DNA of 58,075 bases, from NCBI GenBank assembly GCA_021796115.1, contig JAJYOP010000008.1, forward strand, positions 1 to 58,075. The letters are read 5' to 3'. Each line of letters starts with the position of its first letter. Within the stretch, counting starts at the first letter, position 1. Source of the DNA: a bacterium (GTDB lineage Bacteria > Omnitrophota > Gorgyraeia > Duberdicusellales > 4484-171). The translations under genes and the position numbers were made by a program. Positions 51,872-58,075 of the stretch are shown piece by piece. The notes below the pieces were generated by a model. It saw only the letters and a list, made by a program, of their open reading frames with translations, was not told the origin of the DNA and ran no database searches.

Positions 51872-51989
51872 AGCACAGTATTTTTACGAGCCGCGAGACG
51901 GCGAAGGAAAAATACTAGTGCGAACTACCCCCGAACAATGAGACTTGCTTTTTGCGACAGCAAAAAGCCCGGTCGAATTGTGAGTGGGG
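51872..51989. repeat. Mosaic of word hairpins including a collapsed D-module
   Basis: AGTATTTTT...AAAAATACT (51878-51917), GCTTTTT-GCGACAGC-AAAAAGC (51947-51968), GTCGAATTGTGAGTGGGG (51972-51989). Confidence 0.6.
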
Positions 51990-52057
51990 TAAAAGTATAG
52001 AAAGTCATGGAATATACTTATTTAATTATGTTATCTTTCTAAAATAAGGAGGGGCAG

Positions 52058-52768
52058 ATGGCCAATGGCTTTACAAATATAAAAAAACATTTTCCTGAAA
52101 TAAAGCTTGGAGCTTTTTTTATCGTCGCCTTAGCCTTGCTTTTAATCACTCTTATTTCTATGCGTTCCTTTAGTTTTTTGAAACAGAAGAATGATTTCAA
52201 AATAAAATTCAATTTTTCTGAAGGTTTGCGCGCTTCAAGCCCTGTCCGGTTCTGCGGTGTGGACGTGGGCGAGGTAAAATATGTAGAAGTTAAACAAAAA
52301 GACGATTTGCAGCCATTTGTTTATGTGCATATCAGGGTAGATAATGATATACGTATCCCGAAGAATTCTTATTTCTTTATAAATTCTTTAAGTTTATTCG
52401 GAGAAAAATACCTTGAAATAGTGCCGCCGGTTAAACCCGATGGTTATCTTAGAGAGGGTGAAATGGTGGAAGGGATTTCGCCAACCCCGCTTTTTAACGT
52501 GCTTACCAATTTCAATAAAACAATGGAAGAGGTTAATGAGTTTGTAAAAGACGGAAAACTTAAAACATCACTCCTGAATACAGTGAGTAATATGGAAGTA
52601 ATCAGCGCTGACATGCGAGAGCTTATGGAATCAGTGAAAAATAAAAAAGGAACGCTGGGCAGATTATTCTATGACGATTCTCTTTATACAAAAACCGAAG
52701 AATTTGTAGATGAGTTGAAAAAAAATCCATGGCTGCTTTTGCATAAACCAAAAGATGCGAAAAACTGA
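52058..52768 (+). CDS. mlaD: MlaD/MCE-domain protein
   Basis: N-terminal TM helix and MCE core (SSPVRFCGVDVGEV). SD AAGGAGGGG. Confidence 0.8.
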   Translation: MANGFTNIKKHFPEIKLGAFFIVALALLLITLISMRSFSFLKQKNDFKIKFNFSEGLRASSPVRFCGVDVGEVKYVEVKQKDDLQPFVYVHIRVDNDIRIPKNSYFFINSLSLFGEKYLEIVPPVKPDGYLREGEMVEGISPTPLFNVLTNFNKTMEEVNEFVKDGKLKTSLLNTVSNMEVISADMRELMESVKNKKGTLGRLFYDDSLYTKTEEFVDELKKNPWLLLHKPKDAKN

Positions 52769-52773
52769 AGATA

Positions 52774-52822
52774 GAAGATGGAAGGAGGGAAGGTAGATAA
52801 TATTTTTAAAATAGCCATCTTC
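52774..52822 (+). repeat. Word hairpin GAAGATGG / CCATCTTC between mlaD and radA
   Basis: 8-bp stem at 52774-52781 / 52815-52822, with GGAAGG/CCTTCC-like flanking words. Confidence 0.55.
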
Positions 52823-52842
52823 CATTTTCTTCCTTAAATAAT

Positions 52843-54174
52843 ATGTTTTACTGTTCAAAATGCGGATACAAATCAATTAAATGGCTGGGAAAGTGCCCTC
52901 TCTGCGAAGGCTGGGAAACATTTCAGGAAGAGAAAGAGGAAATAGAGGGAGAAATAACCAGAGAAAAAATAAAACCGCGGTTGATAAAGGATGTCGAAGG
53001 TAAAGATTTTAATCGAATCCTTACCGGCATCGATGAGTTTGATCGTATCGTCGGCAATGGGCTAGTAAATGGTGAGATAATTCTTATCGGCGGAGAACCC
53101 GGCGTTGGTAAATCCACCCTTCTTTTAGAAATAAGCTCTGCCTTAGCTAAAAAAAGTAAAACACTTTATGTCAGCGCCGAAGAGTCGCCGGAACAGGTAA
53201 CTTTACGTGCCAAGCGCATTGAGGCTTCCGCGCAAAATCTATATGTTTTAGGCGAAGATAATTTAGAAACGGTTTTCAATTACATAAAAGAAGAAGGATT
53301 CAAATTTATAGTTGTGGATTCGATTCAGGTTGTCTATACGCCCCGTTATGATGGCCCCAAGGGCAGCGTTTTGCAGCTTAAAGGCTCGGCTGATTATCTA
53401 ACACAGATAGCAAAAACTTTAGGCGTAGTCGTTTTTATCGTCGGGCACGTTACTAAGGAAGGCGTAATTGCAGGGCCTAAGCTGCTTGAGCATATCGTTG
53501 ATTGTGTTTTGTATTTTGAAGGCGAAATGCTTTCAAATTATAGAATTTTGCGCGCAATTAAAAACAGGTTCGGTCCGACTGGTGATATTGCCGTCTTTGA
53601 AATGCAGTCTTCAGGCCTTAAGGAAGTAAAGAAAACCACCGATATATTTCTACCGCACAAAGATGAAGCGATTTCAGGCAGTTCGGTCGTTTGCGTTATC
53701 GAGGGATTACGGCCTTTACTTATAGAATTACAATCTCTGGTTTCAAGGGCAAGCTTTGGCGTGGTCAGGAGGAGAAGTCTGGGTTTTGATTTTAACCGAT
53801 TTTCTCTTCTTGTTGCAATAATTGAGAAAAGGCTTAAAATGTCTCTCTCAAGCGAAGACGTATTTTTAAATGTTGCCGGCGGCATTGAAATCAACGATAC
53901 AGCGGCTGACCTTGGCGCCGTGCTTTCTATAATTTCAAGCTATAAAGAAAAGGAGTTGCCTTTAAACAGCGCTTTTATCGGAGAGGTGGGGTTAGCTGGT
54001 GAGTTGAGAAGAGTAAGCAATATAAATTTGCGGCTTAAAGAGATAGAACGTGCAGGTTTTGGTTCTTGTTTTGTTCCGGAAAGTAATTTGAAAGATGTCG
54101 ATAGCAAATTTAAATTAAAGATTAATGGGTTTTCTTCTTTAAAGAATATAGTAGAAAAAATCTGGAGGGCATAA
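52843..54174 (+). CDS. radA: DNA repair protein RadA
   Basis: C4 zinc finger CSKCG..CPLC, Walker A GGEPGVGKST, KNRFG motif and a Lon-like C-terminal domain. Confidence 0.95.
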   Translation: MFYCSKCGYKSIKWLGKCPLCEGWETFQEEKEEIEGEITREKIKPRLIKDVEGKDFNRILTGIDEFDRIVGNGLVNGEIILIGGEPGVGKSTLLLEISSALAKKSKTLYVSAEESPEQVTLRAKRIEASAQNLYVLGEDNLETVFNYIKEEGFKFIVVDSIQVVYTPRYDGPKGSVLQLKGSADYLTQIAKTLGVVVFIVGHVTKEGVIAGPKLLEHIVDCVLYFEGEMLSNYRILRAIKNRFGPTGDIAVFEMQSSGLKEVKKTTDIFLPHKDEAISGSSVVCVIEGLRPLLIELQSLVSRASFGVVRRRSLGFDFNRFSLLVAIIEKRLKMSLSSEDVFLNVAGGIEINDTAADLGAVLSIISSYKEKELPLNSAFIGEVGLAGELRRVSNINLRLKEIERAGFGSCFVPESNLKDVDSKFKLKINGFSSLKNIVEKIWRA

Positions 54175-55151
54175 TGAAAGGTTTATTTATCTTACGTATC
54201 TTTTTTGTTTTCTTATGTGCGGGAGCGGCTTTTAAATTAGGAGTAGATGCGCCAATACTTGCGGCAATTTTTGGTTTCGTGGGTGGGCTTATCGTAGTAT
54301 TTTTTGAAGTTTTTGCAAGGAAAGTTTCCTTAAAAGGCCTCTCTTCGGCGGTATTTGGCATAGCTTTAGGTATATTGCTTGCATGGATTTTCAGCAAAGC
54401 GCTTGAACTTTTCATGCTTCCCAAGGAAGTAATGGAGAATGCAAAAATATTTGTTACCTTTGTGTTCATTTATTTTGGCCTTACCTTGGGATTAAAAGGC
54501 CGCAGTGAGTTTAACTTGATTATTCCGTATGTGAAATTTCAGCGTAAAGAACTTAAAGAAGAGCCGATTGTTATCGATACCAGTATAATTATTGATGCGC
54601 GAATACTTGATATAGTAAAAACAGGTTTTTTAGAAGCGCGTTTTATTGTCCCGCGGTTTGTCTTAAATGAACTGCAGGCTTTGGCTGATTCAACAGAACA
54701 TATGAAGCGTCAAAAAGGCAAACGCGGCATCGAGGTATTACACTCGCTGAAAAAAGAACAGAATATAGAAGTTGAGATTTATAGTGAAGATGTTGAGGGG
54801 GTAAAAAGCGTTGACGAAAAGGTAGTTTTATTGGCGCAAAATCTTGATGCAAAAATACTTACAACTGATTACAATCTAAATCGAATAGCGCAATTACAAG
54901 GCGTAAAGGTTTTAAATATTAATGACCTTGCCAATGCCTTAAAGCCTACCTTTATTGCCGGCGAGCATTTCAGCGTAAAACTTATAAAGGAAGGAAAAGA
55001 GCATAACCAGGCAATTGGTTATCTTGAAGATGGCACAATGATAGTTGTTGAAAACGCTAAATGGCTTATCGGAAAAACAGTGGACATAGAAGTTACATCC
55101 ATACTGCAGTCTCCCAGCGGAAGAATTATATTTACGAAGTTAGCACAATAA
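54174..55151 (+). CDS. Membrane-anchored PIN/TRAM domain protein (YacL-like)
   Basis: 4 TM helices, then a PIN domain (VIDTSIIIDARI...TTDYNL), then a TRAM domain. Confidence 0.85.
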   Translation: MKGLFILRIFFVFLCAGAAFKLGVDAPILAAIFGFVGGLIVVFFEVFARKVSLKGLSSAVFGIALGILLAWIFSKALELFMLPKEVMENAKIFVTFVFIYFGLTLGLKGRSEFNLIIPYVKFQRKELKEEPIVIDTSIIIDARILDIVKTGFLEARFIVPRFVLNELQALADSTEHMKRQKGKRGIEVLHSLKKEQNIEVEIYSEDVEGVKSVDEKVVLLAQNLDAKILTTDYNLNRIAQLQGVKVLNINDLANALKPTFIAGEHFSVKLIKEGKEHNQAIGYLEDGTMIVVENAKWLIGKTVDIEVTSILQSPSGRIIFTKLAQ

Positions 55152-55165
55152 AAAACCTGTCAATT

Positions 55166-55182
55166 TTCGTAACCTTCGTAAC
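55166..55182 (-). repeat. Family B'' repeat fragment, copy 2
   Basis: TTCGTAACCTTCGTAAC is the reverse complement of GTTACGAAGGTTACGAA (compare 50991-51006). Confidence 0.65.
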
Positions 55183-55198
55183 ATTTATTATAATAAAT

Positions 55199-55864
55199 AT
55201 GCCTTTTAATCTTGGTTTGGTGATAGTTTCCGCCGGAAAGGGCAGGCGGCTTGGTGCAGATAAAGCCACAATTCAACTAAAAAAGAAACCTCTTTTTAGC
55301 TGCACATATGAGCTTTTCAAAAATATCAAAGAGCTGAAGCAAATTGTTATTGTTTTACAAAGCAAGCATTTCCGCCAGGCAAAAAAAATAATTAAAGACA
55401 AAAAGGTTAAGTTTTGCCAAGGCGGCCGCGAAAGAAAAAATTCAGTATTAAACGGCATTCTGGCTCTGGATGATTCGATAAATTACGTACTTATTCATGA
55501 TGGCGCAAGGCCCTTTACGCCAAAAAATGTCATACTTAATGTAATAAAAGGACTAAGGAAATATCCCGCGGTAATCTGCGGCGTGAGATCAAAAGATACT
55601 TTAAAATCAGTGAGGAATAATTTTGTAACGAAAACTTTAGATAGAAATAATATTATCATGGTACAAACACCCCAGGGCTTCAGGAAAGATATATTGATTA
55701 AGGCATACAAGAATCTTAAAAGTGGAAAGGTTTTTGATGATGCCGGTGCGGTTGAGGCAATGAAGAAAAAAGTTAAAGTAGTAGATGGCAGTTATTCCAA
55801 TATTAAAATAACCTATCCCGAAGATATTTTGCTGGCAGGGGCAATATTTCGAAATAGAGAATAG
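55199..55864 (+). CDS. ispD: 2-C-methyl-D-erythritol 4-phosphate cytidylyltransferase
   Basis: VIVSAGKGRRLG P-loop, IHDGARPF and VQTPQGF motifs. ATG 55199 lies directly after a TATAAT-like box. The ORF-track 5' extension overlaps the previous gene. Confidence 0.9.
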   Translation: MPFNLGLVIVSAGKGRRLGADKATIQLKKKPLFSCTYELFKNIKELKQIVIVLQSKHFRQAKKIIKDKKVKFCQGGRERKNSVLNGILALDDSINYVLIHDGARPFTPKNVILNVIKGLRKYPAVICGVRSKDTLKSVRNNFVTKTLDRNNIIMVQTPQGFRKDILIKAYKNLKSGKVFDDAGAVEAMKKKVKVVDGSYSNIKITYPEDILLAGAIFRNRE

Positions 55865-55886
55865 CTGCTATCTACTTATAATAATT

Positions 55887-56372
55887 ATGAATAACTATAA
55901 AGTTGGCCTGGGATTTGACGTGCATAAGTTCTCTCATAAAAAAAGAGAGTTTAAGCTCGGCGGCGCCCTGATTCCTTCCAATATAAGCCTTGAGGCAGTT
56001 TCTGACGGAGACGTATTGCTGCACGCTGTCTCTGATGCAATTTGCGGAGCGTGCTTGCTGGGAGATATAGGCGACCACTTTCCGCCTCAGGCAAAAGAAT
56101 CTAAAAATATTGACAGTAAAAAGATCGTTGAATTCGTGCTTGGAAAGATTTCAAAAAAGTTTAAAATCGTCAATATCGATATCACGCTTATCTCGGAAAA
56201 ACCAAAACTTTTTCCCCATAAGAAAAAAATCCTGTCTTCTCTTAAGAAAATTTTCGGCATGAAGGATATAAACCTTAAAATAAAATCTAAAGAAGGGCTT
56301 GATATTTTAGGTTCAAAAAAAGCCATGTCGTGTTTTGCGTTGGTGGTAATGAAAAAATATGAAAAACTCTAA
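55887..56372 (+). CDS. ispF: 2-C-methyl-D-erythritol 2,4-cyclodiphosphate synthase
   Basis: GLGFDVH, SDGDVLLHA..DA and GDIG..FP motifs. Confidence 0.92.
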   Translation: MNNYKVGLGFDVHKFSHKKREFKLGGALIPSNISLEAVSDGDVLLHAVSDAICGACLLGDIGDHFPPQAKESKNIDSKKIVEFVLGKISKKFKIVNIDITLISEKPKLFPHKKKILSSLKKIFGMKDINLKIKSKEGLDILGSKKAMSCFALVVMKKYEKL

Positions 56373-56460
56373 ACTCGCCCGCCACCGTAATATTTTATTT
56401 AGGCGGGTCAGCCCACATATAAAAAATATCAGTGGCGGAAGAGTTTAGTGTTTAGAGTTT
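56364..56460 (+). repeat. Family C repeat, copy C3 (full length)
   Basis: AAACTCTAAAC/GTTTAGAGTTT and CCGCCAC/GTGGCGG arm pairs. Contains the ispF stop codon and ends 10 nt before the cysS ATG. Confidence 0.85.
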
Positions 56461-56470
56461 GAATAAAGTT

Positions 56471-57889
56471 ATGGAACAAAGTAAACTAAAAATACTAAAT
56501 ACTTTAACCCGGAAAAAAGATGATTTTCAGCCACAAAACTATCCTGTGGTGACAATGTATACCTGCGGTGTAACCGTATATGACTCCTGCCATATTGGTC
56601 ATGCCAGGAGCCTTTATATTTTTGATGTTATGCGCCGTTACCTTAAATATCGCGGTTACGATGTAAAATTTGTGCGCAATATTACCGATATCGACGATAA
56701 GATAATCAATCGCGCTAACGAATTAAAAACAGAATGGAATGCGCTTGTCGACAAATATATAGCGAGTTATCAGGAAGATTTAGCTTCGCTGAGCATAGAC
56801 AAAGCTGATTTTGAGCCAAGGGCCACAGAGAATATCCCCGATATGATTAAATATATAGAAGCGCTGATTAAAAAAGGATACGCGTATCCCGCAGGAGGCG
56901 ATGTTTATTTCGACGTGCGTAAGTTTCCTGAATACGGAAAGTTGTCGCGCCAGAATATCGAAGAAATGGAAACCGGCGTACGGATTGAATCGAGTAGTTT
57001 GAAAAAAGACCCGCTTGATTTCGCGCTCTGGAAAGCTTCGAAAGAGGGTGAGCCATCATGGGGTAGCCCTTGGGGCAAAGGCCGGCCTGGTTGGCATATA
57101 GAGTGTTCGGTGATGAGTCAGAAATTTTTAAAAACCGATACATTAGATATTCATGCCGGCGGGCGCGACCTGATTTTTCCGCACCACGAGAATGAAATTG
57201 CTCAGGCAGAGAGTTATAGCGGAAAAACTTTTGTCAAATATTGGATACATCATGGGCTGCTTACGATAAACAGCCAAAAAATGTCAAAGTCATTAGGAAA
57301 TTTCGTCACCATACATGATTTTATTAAAAAATATAAAGATGCCGATTTACTAAAAATTTTCTTTTTGTCAACTCACTACTCACACCCAATAGATTACACA
57401 AACGAAAAAATTGAAGAAGCCAAAAAAGCTTACGAGCGCATAGATAATCTTATGCGAAAATTAGAACAGCGTTATGGAGCTAGAAAAGCTAAAATTGGTG
57501 GTGGCACAGGCGCTATAGGGCACTTTAAGCAGCAATTCGAAGAATATATGGATGATGATTTTAATACACCAAGGGCTCTATCTGTACTTTTTGATATGGT
57601 AAGCATGTGTAATATTACTATTGATAGCAATGATAAGGAAAAAGATTTAAAACTTAGTTATGCTATTGAAATTATCAAAGAAATGGCTGACGTTCTTGGC
57701 CTTAGCTTTTTGAAGAAAACACCTACAACTATTTCAGATGATGAAATAACTTTTCAGATTACTGCGCGAACTGCATATAAGAAACAAAAGAATTTTAAAG
57801 AGGCAGATATTATCCGTAAAAATCTTGAAGACAAAGGTATTATTTTGGAAGACACAAAAGAGGGAACGACATGGCACAGAAAGTTATAA
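56471..57889 (+). CDS. cysS: Cysteine--tRNA ligase
   Basis: HIGH motif as CHIGHARS, and KMSKS. Confidence 0.95.
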   Translation: MEQSKLKILNTLTRKKDDFQPQNYPVVTMYTCGVTVYDSCHIGHARSLYIFDVMRRYLKYRGYDVKFVRNITDIDDKIINRANELKTEWNALVDKYIASYQEDLASLSIDKADFEPRATENIPDMIKYIEALIKKGYAYPAGGDVYFDVRKFPEYGKLSRQNIEEMETGVRIESSSLKKDPLDFALWKASKEGEPSWGSPWGKGRPGWHIECSVMSQKFLKTDTLDIHAGGRDLIFPHHENEIAQAESYSGKTFVKYWIHHGLLTINSQKMSKSLGNFVTIHDFIKKYKDADLLKIFFLSTHYSHPIDYTNEKIEEAKKAYERIDNLMRKLEQRYGARKAKIGGGTGAIGHFKQQFEEYMDDDFNTPRALSVLFDMVSMCNITIDSNDKEKDLKLSYAIEIIKEMADVLGLSFLKKTPTTISDDEITFQITARTAYKKQKNFKEADIIRKNLEDKGIILEDTKEGTTWHRKL

Positions 57890-58075
57890 AGAAAAATGCA
57901 AAATTTATTACGCTTGAGGGCTCTGAGGGCAGCGGCAAAAGCAGTGTTATCAGATTTTTAGAAAAATTATTCAAAGAAAAAGGATTTTCGGTAAAAATTT
58001 TTAGAGAGCCCGGCTCGACGCGGATCGGCGAAAAAATAAGAGAAATCCTTCTTGATAAAAAAAATACGGAGCTAT
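57871..58075 (+). CDS. tmk: Thymidylate kinase, 5' partial (runs off the window)
   Basis: FITLEGSEGSGKSS P-loop and REPGST. 19-nt overlap with the cysS 3' end. Confidence 0.85.
   Translation, partial: MAQKVIKKNAKFITLEGSEGSGKSSVIRFLEKLFKEKGFSVKIFREPGSTRIGEKIREILLDKKNTEL

Overview
This is a 58-kb, AT-rich, gene-dense chromosomal segment from what looks like an uncultured diderm bacterium: TolC, Lol, Mla, RlpA and CsgG-like envelope genes are all present. Taxonomy cannot be assigned from this window alone. I call about 68 CDS, and all but five are on the + strand.

Most content is housekeeping:
- an ABC-F ATPase, a stand-alone fusA, metF, dinB, an rlmB-like methyltransferase, galT and lysS
- a split methionine synthase (metH plus a separate activation-domain gene)
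- lolCE/lolD, ilvE and mcsA-mcsB-clpC
- mlaE/F/D, radA, a yacL-like PIN/TRAM gene, ispD, ispF, cysS and the 5' end of tmk

Accessory-looking pieces:
- one intact single-ORF DDE insertion sequence with a 15-bp target duplication
- a zinc-peptidase / ATP-grasp / chagasin-inhibitor trio
- an OlsB/OlsA-like aminolipid pair
- a TolC-HlyD-ABC-2 efflux operon whose TolC ORF carries an N-terminal winged-helix domain
- an internally deleted relic of a DUF4186 gene

I found no rRNA, tRNA, CRISPR array or recognisable defence or toxin system.

The most unusual property, and my best candidate for something undescribed, is the non-coding DNA. Almost every intergenic spacer longer than about 70 nt is built from imperfect palindromes made of one short word and its reverse complement. 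These fall into recurring families, here called A, B, B', B'', C and D+E. Families B and D+E show compensatory stem changes between copies, which suggests selected RNA or DNA structure.

All product calls rest on motif recognition by eye; no database search was run. Gene starts were re-evaluated against SD and promoter context and often differ from the ORF track.
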